A DNA stretch of 64,000 nt. Source: the human T2T-CHM13v2.0 reference genome, Homo sapiens. A program made the translations under genes and the position numbers. Shown here one piece after another: positions 13,625 to 26,972 of the stretch; the first letter of the stretch is position 1; each line of letters starts with the position of its first letter. Location of the stretch: positions 19,392,001 to 19,456,000 of the forward strand of contig CP068257.2 of assembly GCA_009914755.4 (NCBI GenBank). Reading direction: 5' to 3'. The notes under the pieces are model-generated. The model was not told where the DNA came from and searched no databases. It saw only the letters and a program-made list of their open reading frames with translations.

Positions 13625-13840
13625 ACTCAGTGGCTAAGAACCAGGGCTCTGGACTCAGTATAACTAATATGGAATTATAGTAACACAGGTCAGAATCTAG
13701 GATGAGTAATTTAATCATATGTAAAATAAGAATTGTTATAATAATATCTCATGGGGTTATTTTGAGAATTAGATGAGATAATGTATATAAATTGGATAGC
13801 CGCACATATGGCACCTAATAAGGAGTTGTTGCTTTTATAT
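13625..13840 (+). mobile_element. MIR (mammalian-wide interspersed repeat) fragment
   Basis: ccagggctctggactcag ... atctcatggggttattttgagaattagatgagataatgtatataaattggatagccgcacatatggcacctaataaggagttgttgc matches the MIR core and 3' region (...cctcatagggttgttgtgaggattaaatgagttaatacatgtaaagcgcttag.acagtgcctggcacatagtaag). Confidence 0.6.
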
Positions 13841-14004
13841 TACCCTTTTATTCTTTTTTCAACTGGCATGGAATTCAGAAGGTAGCTTTTGTTTTAAAGA
13901 CAAAAATTATTTTTGAAGAAATAATATTATATACAATGTTAGTAATTTTTATTTTTGTTAGATGATGTTATCAAATTATGTTTTCATTTAAAAAGGAAAG
14001 TATA

Positions 14005-14264
14005 GGTGGGCGGGTCACAAGGTCAGGAGATCAAGACCATCCTGGCTAACACAGTGAAACCGCGAATCTACTAAAAATACAAAAAAAAATTAGCTGGGCG
14101 TGGTGGCGGGCGCCTGTAGTCCCAGCTACTCGGTAGGCGTGACAGGAGAGTGGCGTGAACCCGGGAGGCGGAGCTTACAGTGAGCCGAGTTCGTGCCACT
14201 GCACTCCAGCCTGGGTGACTTGTGAGACTCCGTCAAAAAAAAAAAAAAAAAAGAAAAAAGAAAG
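14005..14264 (+). mobile_element. Alu SINE (AluY-like), 5'-truncated by ~45 bp, long A-tail
   Basis: ggcgggtcacaaggtcaggagatcaagaccatcctggctaacacagtgaaaccgcgaatctactaaaaatac ... cactgcactccagcctgggtgac ... poly-A. Many CpGs are retained. Confidence 0.9.
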
Positions 14265-14419
14265 TAAATATGTGAATCTTTCTTTGCAAATATTAAAATA
14301 ATTTAAAAATGTAGATTATGAAATTTTAAACAGACTTTACTGGAATACTCCAAATCAAGGATATTTGAAAATTGGTTTTTTAATCATTTTAGCTGTAGAA
14401 ATCATTTTATTTGAAGACT

Positions 14420-14458
14420 TTGTGTGTGTGTGTGTGTGGCAGAGAGAGAAAGAAAGAG
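14420..14458. repeat. (TG)n(GA)n compound microsatellite
   Basis: tgtgtgtgtgtgtgtgtggcagagagagaaagaaagaga. Confidence 0.9.
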
Positions 14459-14542
14459 ATTATTAATGAGAGCAGTTACTGCAAAACATACTAATACATT
14501 TTACCTACCAAAATATGAATTTCAGTCAATATATCCTAAGGG

Positions 14543-14790
14543 TATGTATTTCATAGCTTTGAAGATCTTTAAAAGTATCTTATTGCAGGTTTGTGTTCAA
14601 AGGAGTTGATCTTTTCAAGTCTATGGAACATCTTGAAGAGCAACAGAAGAGCAGGGTTTGTAAGGGTGTGTTTCATAGCTTCGATGATCTTGAAAAGTAT
14701 GGTCTTATAGCAGATTTGTGCTCAAGAGTTAATCTTCCTTTTCAAGACTGTGGAAGATCTTGAAGAGCAACAGAAGAGTAGGGTTTTTAA
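14543..14790. repeat. Two tandem copies of a ~120-bp unit (local duplication, ~85% identity)
   Basis: ...tttcatagctttgaagatctttaaaagtatcttattgcaggtttgtgttcaaaggagttgatcttttcaagtctatggaacatcttgaagagcaacagaagagcagggtttgtaagg is followed by ...tttcatagcttcgatgatcttgaaaagtatggtcttatagcagatttgtgctcaagagttaatcttccttttcaagactgtggaagatcttgaagagcaacagaagagtagggttttt. Confidence 0.85.
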
Positions 14791-15070
14791 TAAATGGTTC
14801 CTCTTTGCTGCAATATTTAATATTTCAGTATTGCATTTAAGAATGGTAACTATGGTTCATTATTATAATTCAGAATGCTAATTAAATCTTTATATTGTAT
14901 AAATAACTAGTCTGGCTTCATATTTAAAGTCTTTCTGCCCAGACAATTAAGATTTTTAGATATATTAAAACCAAATAAAAATGATTCATTTTTAAAGAAT
15001 AAAAATAAAAGAATTATGTTCTGTAAATGTGTGACCATACTATTGTTTTTTAAAAATCCTGAAAGGATAT

Positions 15071-15300
15071 GGCCAGATATGGCAGCTCATGCCTGTAATC
15101 CTCACATTTTGGGAGGCCAAGGTGGGAAGATTGCTTGAGCCCAGGAGCTTGAGACCAGCCTGGGCAACACAGGGAGATGCTGTCTCTACAAAAAATAAAA
15201 AAATTTGTTGGGCATGGTGGCGTGCACCTGTGGTTCTGGCTACTTAGGAGGCTGAGGTAAGGAGGATCCCTTGAGCCCAGAGAGAGACCCCGTCTTAAAA
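15071..15300 (+). mobile_element. Alu SINE (AluJ/S-like) with a 3' internal deletion
   Basis: ggccagatatggcagctcatgcctgtaatcctcacattttgggaggccaaggtgggaagattgcttgagcccaggagcttgagaccagcctgggcaacac ... ggaggctgaggtaaggaggatcccttgagcccagagagagaccccgtcttaaaa. Confidence 0.88.
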
Positions 15301-15432
15301 TATGCATGTTTGTATGTATGTGTACGTATATATGTATACACACACAGATACAAATATATATGTGTGTGAATGAAAATACATATATATCTATATATAAAAA
15401 CACAGATATATAAAAATATGTGTGTGTGCATC
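15300..15432. repeat. Imperfect TA/TG/CA-rich low-complexity repeat following the Alu tail
   Basis: tatgcatgtttgtatgtatgtgtacgtatatatgtatacacacacagatacaaatatatatgtgtgtgaatg...atatatatctatatataaaaacacagatatataaaaatatgtgtgtgtgca. ORFs 15050..15469 and 15240..15431 are translations of the Alu plus this repeat. Confidence 0.8.
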
Positions 15433-15748
15433 CTGAAAGGGTGTTGTAAATGTCAAGAATAAAAATCATCCAGTTTGATGTATTTTATAGTGCATTTCTA
15501 GAATGTACATATTTTGATACTTAAAACTGTTAACAGACATTAACAAAAAACATACAGAAACTTTAAAAGATTATCATAGTGGAGAAATTCAAGCCCACTC
15601 CAGTCCACTCCTGATGTCACTTCAGTCTGCTGTTAAAAGTGAAACACAGACAAGGCAAATAAATAAATAAATAAAATACAAATATCATAGGATTTTTTCC
15701 TCAAGAAAGTTGATATGCAATTCCTGCCTCAGAATAGATAGAAACTAG

Positions 15749-16052
15749 GCTGGGGTTATGGAAGCTCATGCCTGTAATTCCAGCACTTTGGGAGGCCAAG
15801 GTGGGAGGATTGCTTGAGCTCAGGAATTAGAGACCAATCTGGGCAACATAGTGAGACCCCCATCTCTACAACAAAATTTATAAAACAATATATGGGGATG
15901 ATGGCCCACACCTGTCGTCTCACCTACTCGGAAAACTGAGGCAGGAGGGTCACTTGAGCCCAGGAGCCCAAGAATACAGTGAGCTGTGATCACACAAACT
16001 GCACTCCAGCCTGGGTGACAAAGCAAGACCCTGTCTCAGAAAAGAAAAAAAA
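15749..16052 (+). mobile_element. Alu SINE (AluJ-like), full length
   Basis: ggctggggttatggaagctcatgcctgtaattccagcactttgggaggccaaggtgggaggattgcttgagctcagg ... actgcactccagcctgggtgacaaagcaagaccctgtctcagaaaagaaaaaaaagg. Confidence 0.92.
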
Positions 16053-16325
16053 GGAACCAGATGTTAGTGGAGCACATGAGTCAATGTTCTGTCATCTGAT
16101 ACCCTGGCATTGAATATTAAAGTAGGTCTATTTAAATGGGAAATAATTATCTGAACCTTCAGCTTCCTTAAATTCAACGTCATAAAATATGTCACATGAT
16201 GTTAGCCATATTCCCTTCTATCTTAGATATCTTGGGAAGTGTTGCTGTCTTTCAAGACTATTCTCTCTGACATATCTGATAAACCAGCTGTAGAGCAAAT
16301 TTGTATCAGATATGTGTCTTTACAA

Positions 16326-16540
16326 CTTCTGGAGCCACACTGCCTGGATTCAAATTTTGATAGCACCTCTTGCCAAGTTTCTGACTTTGAGCAAGTTACT
16401 TATCTCCTCTGTGGCTCAGTTTTCTTGCCTAGTAAAAGGCTTATGATCATAATGATGCTTAAATCCAAGTATGGGCATGCAGGCTAAGTGAAGTGATATA
16501 TGTAAAGCACTCCGAAAAACTCTGATCTCTATAGCTGTTA
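16326..16540 (+). mobile_element. MIR SINE fragment
   Basis: ctggagccacactgcctggattcaaattttgatagcacctcttgccaagtttctgactttgagcaagttacttatctcctctgtggctcagttttcttgcctagtaaaaggcttatgatcataatgatgcttaaatccaagtatg ... tgtaaagcactc matches the MIR consensus (ctggagccagactgcctgggttcgaatcccggctctgccacttactagctgtgtgaccttgggcaagttacttaacctctctgtgcctcagtttcctcatctgtaaaatgg...). Confidence 0.75.
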
Positions 16541-17120
16541 CCCATGTTTTTTATATAGCAGTGTCTCATGATACAAGTTTATTCATCTGTATTCAGCAGG
16601 ACACTGTGAACTTGTTGGCAGCAAGGAAACTGTTGTTACTTATCTTTTTGTATTGAAAGTTTATCTCAGTGTCATGCAAATGGCAGGGGATTAGCATTTG
16701 AGTTGTTGTTAGACTTAATTTTAACAGTGGTTCCTGCAGTTTCATAGGTATTATAATGTCAAATTGAGGTCGAATATGTGACCTCAATGACCAGTACTAA
16801 ATTTTGTTCAAGATTCTATTGGATTATCTGTTCAAAATACAAGCATTTAAACATTTAAATCTCAAATTTCCCCCATATAACATTTGTTTTTCTTTTAAAA
16901 CAGCTTTTCAAATATGTCCTTTTCAACCAACACTTCCAACCAACACTTACTGTCATACTCCAAACTGTTATTTTACAGTTTTTTCTTTCTATTTTTGCTT
17001 CACCATTTTGGCGTCACCTCTTGGTTCAGGTTTTCTTGCCAGCACCAAAAACTCCTGTAGCTTATTTCTCAGTTATGTGACTGCATTGGTACTGCAGTTC
17101 AGGGAAACTTAATTCTTACT

Positions 17121-17147
17121 GGTTTGTTTTGTTTTGTTTTGTTTTTA
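17121..17147. repeat. (GTTTT)n microsatellite
   Basis: ggtttgttttgttttgttttgttttta. Confidence 0.85.
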
Positions 17148-18743
17148 GTTTAATAAGAGATAATGTCTGAAAGGACATGAGCAAAAGTAAAGAAACAAAA
17201 ATCTAGTCCTGCTGCTTGACAAAATAGTATGAGAAAAAAGCAGACAAGCACCAAACCAAACAATAATAGCAAAATATCTAAGAAAATTTGATAATTGTTT
17301 TGTCAGAATGAAAACTTTTTCTCTAAGTGATATTTTTCAGTTATTTTATTCTCCCTAATTGGTACATCTCCTTTATTGTATTAAATAAGAGAATCTGCCT
17401 AAGTGTTTATAGCTGCTTTATGAAACAGCTTATATCCTTTTTTTGAAAGGGGTTTGTGACATCACTTGGTTTGTACAAGTTAGAGAAGCTATGCAATTAC
17501 TAGTGAAATAGTTTTATTAAGTTTGCTTTAAATGATAAAGATTTTACTTGGAAACACTCTAAGGATGTTTCTGTTTTTACTGGGGTATTTAAGACAATGC
17601 TTGTAAGTGTTCAATGATTTCTTTGATATAATTTAGTGAATTTTGGCTAAACACATATTTTTAAAAACAACAATTATTTGAAAATAGAAAAATATGCCAG
17701 AAAGCAAAACTGGTTTTGCTAATGGGTTGCTATTTAGATTCTAAGTATTCATTAACCAGGAGGTGGCTAATGAGCAGATGTTTAATGAGCAACAGAAATG
17801 AATTGACAGGTTTTTTTGCTTGTTTATTTCAGACAGACTAAAGGTACAGATATGTTGATGAAACAAACAAAAAAGAAAAACAAGAAAGTATTCAACTTGA
17901 TGAGACTTAAGGAAAGATGTTCTAGTAATAGAATTGAATATGGTGTGGAAGCTTGCATTAAAACTTCAGAAAAATATTTCTACAACTGTAGGGATAAATA
18001 AAACTAATACACAAAGAGCACTAATAGTTAAACTTATTGAAAGAAATGTAATCAACTCATATTCAATACATTATGCATTGTTTTTTTCTTTCATAACTCA
18101 TTAACTTGCTAATGGCCATTTTACTGCTTATTTTCAGGGGTAAGAAGCTGTGTGGATTTTTGTTCTGTTTGCTTTTGAGAACTAAGCTCTGATTTTTTTC
18201 ATCTTGCCCAAATTCCTACTTAAGAGGTCTGGGAAGTCATGTCCTACAAATCATAAATTCTCATCACATGGATTTTATTTAACACTGTATGTCATAACTT
18301 AATTTCCAATCTGACTCTGGTATAACCAGGAAGAAATCAAAATGTTTTACCCCAAAATATATTTCCTTGGCATACTATGAAATTGTCCTGCAATGTCTCT
18401 TGTGGGAAAAATCCACATTCTATAAAGAATCCCCTTTCCCCTTTGTTTTCCTTCTTTCCTTTCCAAATCCAGGAGATAAATCAACTAAGAGCCAGGCACC
18501 CTTTTAAGTCCAATAAGAAACATTTTACAACCTGCTCTCTCTGAAGTCTGCTATCTGAGAGCTTCCTCTGTACAATAAAACTTGGTCTCCACAATCCTTT
18601 ATCTTAACCTAAACATTTCATTTCTATTAATCCCAGGTCTTTAGATAAACTCAACTAGTTGTCAATCAGAAAGTGTTTAAATTTACCCATAGCCTGGAAG
18701 ACCCCCTTTAAGTTGTCCCACCTTTCTGAACCAACCCGATGTA

Positions 18744-19034
18744 TTTTTTTTTTTGAGACGGAGTCTGGCTCTGTCACCCAGACTGGAGTACAGTGGCGCA
18801 ATCTCTGCTCGCTGCAAGCTCTGCCTCCAGGGTTCACGCCATTCTCCTGCCTCAGCCTCCAGAGTTAGCTGGGACTACAGGTGCCCGCCACACGCCCGGC
18901 TAATTTTTTTCTATTTTTAGTAGAGACAGGTTTTCACTGTGTTAGCCAGGTTGGCATTGATCTCCTGACCTCGTGATCCACCCGCCTCGGCCTCCCAAAG
19001 TGCTGGGATTACAGGCGTGAGCTACCACCTGGCC
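18744..19034 (-). mobile_element. Alu SINE (AluS/Y-like), full length, reverse orientation, with TSD
   Basis: tttttttttttgagacggagtctggctctgtcacccagactggagtacagtggcgcaatctctgctcgctgcaagctctgcctcc ... cccaaagtgctgggattacaggcgtgagctaccacctggcc. Flanking TSD is gatgtat (ccgatgtat | ...ggcctgatgtattcc). Confidence 0.93.
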
Positions 19035-19397
19035 TGATGTATTCCTTAAATGTATTTGATTAATGTCTCATGCCTCCCTAAAATATATACAACCAAGCTG
19101 TACTCCAACCACCTGGGGCACATGTTCTCAGGACTTCCTGAGGGCTGTGTCACAGGCCATGGTCTCTCATATTTGGCTCAGAATAAATCTCTAAAAATAT
19201 TTTACAGAGTTTGACTCTTTTCGTCAACATTTTTTAGATCTGTGTATCATGCATTCTTCTTTGTTGGGTTTAATTCTCCTGACCTTAGATTTCTCATACA
19301 GTTTGTAGCTCTCATAAGATAATCACAAAGAACCAAAAAACAAAAAGTATTAGGAAATTTTATATACTTTCTATTTACTATTTATATTTACTATTAA

Positions 19398-19662
<265 letters not shown>

Positions 19663-19973
19663 CATATTTCCTTTATTTTTGTATATAATTTATATGCTGA
19701 TACAATTAAACTATACTGATTAAATACCCTATAATGATCAAATTCTAACATAATTTTTCATGCCCATAAAACACCACTACATTAGGCTTCTAATTACATG
19801 TTTGATTCTTTTTAATAGATTCAATAATTGATGGCATAGACCCTTCTGAATTGCCTAATAAAAAGAGCATGAAAATTAGAGTCAGCCACTGACTATCACA
19901 CTGACTACTTTTTTTTTTTAAATGTTACTATAAGGAATTTAGAAGTCTTCCATTTCCTTTTAATATTGTTGTT

Positions 19974-20282
<309 letters not shown>

Positions 20283-22530
20283 TCATTATGCATATAAATG
20301 GGTTTTTGAAGATGTAAATAGTATAAAGTGGAAATGTTATTGTTGGGTTAGGAGCATTTGAAGATAGCTTGATTCATTTCCTTAGGTTAATGGACACACA
20401 ATTATTATTCTACAGTATGCATCAGATCAGGTGACTGATCAAATGACTTCTCAAGTTGACTAACTAGACTTTGCAAAATTTGAATGTTTTTTTCATTTCA
20501 CATTAAGCACTGTAAAGTGCAAAAAAAAAAAAGGTTTTTCTCTTTAGACTCTGTTTTAATCTGATGTACTCCTCGATTTGCATTTCACACACTCCCTTAA
20601 TTTGTACCAGACCTAAAAAAGTGAAAGGATTAACTTTCTTAAGGATGCATTGGAGAAACTATCATTTTAGAACCCATGTAGTTCAAGTATGCCAAAACCT
20701 GATTTTAGTAGGAGTTAAGTCAGGGATTATGTACCATTCATATGATTATTTTTGGGGATGGTTTATGAGTGTTAACAGAACTCTGGTAAGTCAGGTGCCA
20801 CCATTTTGGTCAAAGTAAAGAAGGCACATTGATTGATACTGCTTTCTGTGTTCCTTGTTGACCCATTTTTTTTCCTTCTTTCGTATTCCAACTCAGTGAT
20901 GCCAACCCTACTTAGCCTAGCACTTCAGTTTTAGATGTGTATCATTTTTGTTTGTCCTGCCAGAATGGAAGATGTTAGCATCAACCACTGTTCTTTATTC
21001 ATCTTCGGATTCCCAACAACACCTGTCATTGGGGGTCTGATATTGGAGATCTAACAAGGAACCTGAAAGATGTTTTAGTGTTAGAAGTGTTGCCTTCTCA
21101 GTGCCTTAATCTCCCGATCTGGGAAATGAAAATGAGCACCATGCCTATACGCCTGCGTGATTATAAGATTTAAATGAGTCAGTACTTGCCATACATAGAC
21201 ACTACAAATGTGAAGTATTTTAGTTATCATTAGTATTCTTTCTCGAGGTTGTAGGAAACATGATTATAATATCAAAATGAATTTGGCTGTGGAAATAGTT
21301 AAATATTTATTTGGGAACAGCATGATACATTTGATTTCGTCTTATCAAGATACTTTAAAGTTGTTATTTTTCAGACCAAAATATCTGGACCCAATGCCAC
21401 TTGGTGTCCACTGTGATATGTGGTGCAAATAACCCTTCAATAAAAGAAGTGTTTGTCCCAGTTGAAGGGAGGGATGTCAACAGCAGATTTTAATCTCTTC
21501 AAGAATTGCTTTAGCTCTAGATGGTCCCATGTCCAAGGTAATATCCTTTTTATGGTTTTTTTCACAGCCAGCAAGGCAGAATATAAAAACCTGACCATCT
21601 CAGAAAAAATTCTAAAGCATGCTTCAAGCTATGGAACTCCCCATGAAGCTAGCCAAGAGTGTCATTGGGTTTCTGTTGCAGTTTGACTTCTCCTTCCCAA
21701 TTCTGCATCTTCGCTTCCCCTTTTCACATGTGTTGATCCCAAGGACACTTCTTATAAACATCCTTCAAGCTAAACCAGCTCAGTTTCTATCCAGGAAACC
21801 CAGTCTGGGATACTCACATAGAGTTATAACTTTTCATGTAGTGGATGCTTAATTAAATGGATATCAAATTGCGCTGAAGAACAAAATATGAAACAAACTT
21901 CATTTTCAGAATGCAAATTGTTTGCAACTCAGGTTTCTTAGGCTGTGTTAGGCTGGGGATAAAATTAGTAATAATAAGTGTTTTGACTTAGCATTACAGC
22001 TTCTGAACCCAGCACAGTATCTTGTGCCATAATAGGCTCATGGCAAACAGTGTTGCTTGCAAGAAGAGCAGACATTTCTGTAAATTTGGCCACATTTGCT
22101 GGTTTACAACTTCTGTTGCCTGTTTCTTTTCCAAATTTACTTTCTGGAGTCTCATACAATTGTAGGAACTTCTTCATCTCTGTCACTTCAAGACAATTAA
22201 TAACTTCCCTTTTTGTGGCTCTCTGTAACCGATATTTCTGATGTGGTAATAACAGTGGCACAGATAAGCGACTGCAAAAACCTTTCTCCACAGTTATTAC
22301 TGTTGCTATCATGCTAAGTTCTCCAGGGAAGAACAGAATTCCTTTCTTTATTCAACTTTCATTTTAGAGTCAGAGTATATATGCAGGATTTTTTTTAACA
22401 AAGGTAAATTGCATGATGCTGAGGTTTGGAGTATGAACGAATTCATCACCCAGGCAGTGTGCACAGTACAGAATTTTTTAACCAGGATTTTCGTAAGCTG
22501 TATCATGAGAACTCAAACTCATGATGGCCA

Positions 22531-22806
22531 TTTTTTTTTTTTTTTTTTTTTTGAGACGGAGTCTCGCTCTGTCGCCCAGGCTGGAGTACACTGGCACTGG
22601 CAACATCTCGGCCCACTGCAAGCTCCGCCTCCCGGGTTCACACCATTCTCCTGCCTCAGCCTCCTGAGGAGCTGGGACTACAGGCGCCCGCCACCACGCC
22701 TGGCTAATTTTTTGTGTTTTTAATAGAGATGGGGTTTCACCATATTGAACAGGCTGGTATAGAACTCCTGATCTCAGGTGATTCACCCACCTCAGCCTCT
22801 CAAAGT
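22531..22806 (-). mobile_element. Alu SINE, 5'-truncated, reverse orientation, with TSD
   Basis: poly-T(21) followed by gagacggagtctcgctctgtcgcccaggctggagtacactggcactggcaacatctcggcccactgcaagctccgcctcccgggttcacaccattctcc ... ctcagcctctcaaagtag. TSD is gatg.ccatt on both sides. ORFs 22409..22723 and 22478..22816 are translations of it. Confidence 0.9.
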
Positions 22807-25800
22807 AGATGTCCATTTCTTAAATGTTTTCCAGGTATTTTAGTCCATATTCTATTTCAGGTGTGACTTCTATATGTCTCTCTAGCATATAGTAAAGATT
22901 CCCCAAATCTTAGGCTGGACAGAAAAAAAAAATCTGAGGAATTGTCCACAATACTGAACATTCAAAATCATCTCTTTCTTTAGACCCAAACAGTTGATTT
23001 CTTGGAATGAATTCTTTCCCCAGAAATATCTCATCCCCTGGGCAAATAGACCTCTGGTGGCCTGTAATCCTACCAAGCAAACAAAGTTTAGACAGATTAG
23101 AAACACTGTAATGGACTAAATTTAGGCTCCATCTGGGGTTTCTACTATAGTTAAAAAATCAATTATTGCGTAGTACCTATTTACTCTCTTTTTTTCCAAA
23201 GTGAAAATAGAAGTAGATAATATTCAACCAGTCAGCACAAAATTTGTGTCCTCTTAAAAAATTTAGAGTAAATAAAGTATTCATAAGCCTCATATACTCA
23301 TTTCTAAGGGTTTGTTTGTTTTTGTATTTTGCTTTGCTTGCTTATTCTCCTTACCATTTCTTACCACTTGTTTATGCTTTAAGAGCATGTATAAATTTAT
23401 TTTACTTACAGCGGACAAACTTCTTATTGAATAGTTGAAAAAAAAAGCAAAAACAATTAATTGCTGGTATTTCATTGTGAAGATATTAAATAGTTATTAT
23501 AATTCTATGGAATTAAGTATTATGGTAATAGGCTCAAAGTAGCATTTAAAATTTGCTTCTGAGTAAATATTTATATAATGATTGTGCATTTTAATGTCAA
23601 AAGGACAAATGGTTTGCATTATAAAAATTTGTGGCGACATCAGAATATGGTTAATAGCTTTTTCTCACTCTTAGGTTTTCTCTAATTCCAATATTTTCAT
23701 TGCATCCATCTTCTTAAGTGAATATGACATGTTATTCCTTACTTGTGTATATTACAAAATTTTTTATTACCAATACTGATGAAACTAACCTGTGAAGCAT
23801 GTGGACCAGTTACCATTTTAACTAGTTTGATTAATTTTAAATTCTTTTTTGTGTGTTGTCTTTGTTTTGGTTTTTTGGAACTCTGAAGGTCAACTTTGTA
23901 GACTATGTGTTATTTTTAAAAATTAATTGTTTTAATTTTTGCCATTTATTTACATATATATTATAATATTATTTTCTACATATATGCATATGCCCCTTTA
24001 TATCATTTCTAATGCGCTATCATTTTTTCCCTCTCATTTTTTCATTTTTTTTGTCATGAGTATATTTAAGAAACCAGTTTTATTTTTATTTACTCCTTTT
24101 CTGTCATTTTGCGTTTTGTTATGGTAAATTCATCTTTTATCCATCTTAATTCCCCTCCTAAATTTTTCTTGGTTTATATTGTTGTTCTTTTTCTACTTAC
24201 TTATATGTATATACATACACATATACATTCATATATGGTATTTTTAATAATAAAACTTTTACTATTTTGAACATTACTATGAGTACATACCTGTTCCTAT
24301 AGTTTTAGGATTAAGCTATTCTTTTTTTTTTCAACTCTACATCTTTATATAATTTGGTATGTGTTATGATTTCCGTGTAAGTTTGGAAGGTGATCCTTGG
24401 AAACACCAATTATTTACTCCATACCAACATCCAAAAGATCACTTGACATTTTCATTGGTTTGACTTCAGAATTAGAAACTCTACTTTTTATAAAATAAAC
24501 ATTATAAACTATAAATTGTGCCTACCCAGTCAACAGTCATTGCCGAAGCTTTTCATGACTTTGTGATTGAATAATCTGAATTAGAAATTTTTTCAATAAT
24601 GTTACATATTAGGAACCTAGGCGTAAGTACAAATTTGTTGGTGAATATTGGTTGTCACCACACAGTACAGTATTTCAGATATTCAAACAGATGGGTTATT
24701 TTTAAAAATGTGTTTGAACTCATTTACTTCAGTTTGTAAATCTTACTGCTAACGTACTCCTGTGGTCTAACAGATCAGCGTAAAATGTTAAGGTTGTAAC
24801 TGTGATTTAGTACATGAAGATATACTCCTTACATACTCAAATACTAGCTCATGATAATTAGAACAAAATTTAAAGGCATGGTTTATAACCATAGACTCGA
24901 TAATATCTATCAAGATGTATTGCCAGAGTAATTACCCAAGTGTTAACACACAGGCATATGAAATCAATATATACAGTGACTTAAAACACATGTAAATTGA
25001 TTCCAAAAGATGTGATACCGATGTCTATTTTAAATTGCTAGAAAAGAAATGAATTAAAAGTTTGACATAACATACTTTTTGCCAAAATTAATTCAAGTCT
25101 CTCTGTTAAATTAGATTTTGAAAATTTGTCTCAAAGAGAACTATGAGTATAGGAAAACTGACAAAATCTGAACAGTGTGCTGCTTAAAACTAGCCTTTAA
25201 CTGTTTTAGATTCTTTTCTCTCAGTCCTGCAGAAAAGTCCAGGATACTGTTTCTGCCTCATAAATTTTTAAATACTTCCTTAGAATGAAGTTTTCTTATA
25301 TGTAGAAACGAAGTTGGCTTAAGACCCTAAGTTGGGAATATTTTCTTTAGCTTTGAGATCCATAGGAAAGAATGTATCTCACAAACACCCTTAAGGAAAA
25401 TGAAACTTAAAAATATTAGCTACAAGAGAGAAATATAAACATGCTATTTCTTTTTGTAACATCTCTTAATTTTCAGACAACCTTTCTTATCTGTTAAGTA
25501 TTGGTATATTTTTGATAGTGCTGTGTAAATTCAGAAAGGTGATTAAAACCAAGAAGCTTACCCTAGAACTTAAAGTATAATAATAATAATAAAACCAAGA
25601 AGCCACATGAAGTCATATAAATTGTCTCCAAAACACTTAAAGAATGATTAAGTGATTATCCTGTGAAATCATTCAGATAATTTGTATGTGTCTGTGTGAT
25701 TATGCCCACTGGGCACCTTTAAAGATGCTTTAAAAATAACCTTATTATCTCTTGTGATCCAACAACTTATTATCCAGTAAATAACAAACAGAAAACTACA

Positions 25801-26862
25801 TTGACTATTCCTTTACTAAAATAATGACAGTTTTAATGTATTAATAGGAGACTTTTTAGGTGTAGGGTAATGATAGGGAACATGAACAGCTCTGAGAGCA
25901 GACCTGCTTACTTATTTTCTTCTCAATCTAACTTCTTAATTTGTTTGAATTATAATGAACTCTAAGGAGGAAAAACAGCTTCTTAGTAATATGTAAAAAC
26001 TAAAGCTCATCTCAACACAAAATGGAGATCACTGGGGAACTGGTGTTCAAGGTTAGCAGTTAGGAGAAGGCTCAGGGACACCCCACTTGAGATTTGGGAT
26101 TAGACTAAGTGTCTCATCACTTAGTAGCTGTTATTTACACTTCCTAAACCTTACTTTCCCCATTTGTAAAATCAGTAATAATCGAGCCTAACTCGTAGAT
26201 TTGATGTGTGAAGTGAAAGAGGAAACATGTAAATACAATGCTGGCATAATCCATGTTCGGTAATTAGTAGCTCTTGTCACCATTATTATGACACTTACAC
26301 ATCCCTAAATATTATGGGACTAAAAATCCATCAGGATGAATAAAAGATAAAAACAGTACACTCTTCTTAAGGTACCTCATTTTGCTAGCAATATTTTTAT
26401 AGTCAATAAACTGTTCTCTCTCTAGGTAAAGAAATTCTGGCTTAAGCATTTTTTATTTGCACTGTATTAACTACTATCTTTACGCATAGCAATAAAATAA
26501 TTGGAGGAAAAAAAGCCTGTGTCTTTATATATTAGAAATGCTACATAGTACTGAAATGATGCACTTTAAGATCTAAACATGGAATCAGGGAGTCATATTT
26601 ATTCATTAAACTTTCCAGTAGCTTTCCCTTTGATTAACAGTGTGTATTGAATATAATCTTGAGGAAAAACTGTGGAATTCCTATTGGAATAAATGAGCAA
26701 ATAGATTATATTTGACTTTCTTTTTTTCCCCCAATAGCGTAATTTTAATTTACATTGGTAATATTGCCCATTCATCTGACTCAGTTATCAAGTTGCAAAA
26801 ATTCTTCCAGATAACACTAATATAAATGGGTAATTGACAGTTTAGAGCAAGTGACAGAGATA

Positions 26863-26865
<3 letters not shown>

Positions 26866-26907
<42 letters not shown>

Positions 26908-26972
26908 ATGAGAGAGGGGGAGAGAGAGGAGAGAGAGAGAGAGTGAGAGAGAGAGATAGTGAGAGAGAGAGA
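26866..26972. repeat. Compound microsatellite: (TG)~21 immediately followed by an imperfect (GA)n tract
   Basis: tgtgtgtgtg...(about 41 bp) then catgagagagggggagagagaggagagagagagagagtgagagagagagatagtgagagagagagaa. ORF 26750..27118 (THTHTHTH..., SLSLSL...) is its translation. Confidence 0.95.

Noticed and set aside
15050-15469. Longest ORF in the window (139 aa, minus strand), with an overlapping 63-aa ORF
   Set aside because: It spans an Alu (15071-15300) plus a TA/TG-rich low-complexity tract (15300-15432). The peptide is low-complexity (…[20 protein letters not shown]…). It is an artefact of repeats.
21965-22312. 115-aa minus-strand ORF in apparently unique, non-repeat sequence (…RATKREVINCLEVTEMKKFLQLYETPESKFGKETGNRSCKPANVAKFTEMSALLAS…)
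   Set aside because: It has no recognisable domain or family, no splice-site, Kozak or polyadenylation context I could support, and no codon-usage signal. ORFs of this length are expected by chance a few times in 64 kb x 6 frames, even allowing for the AT-rich stop-codon bias. It could be a degraded transposase remnant, but I cannot support that.
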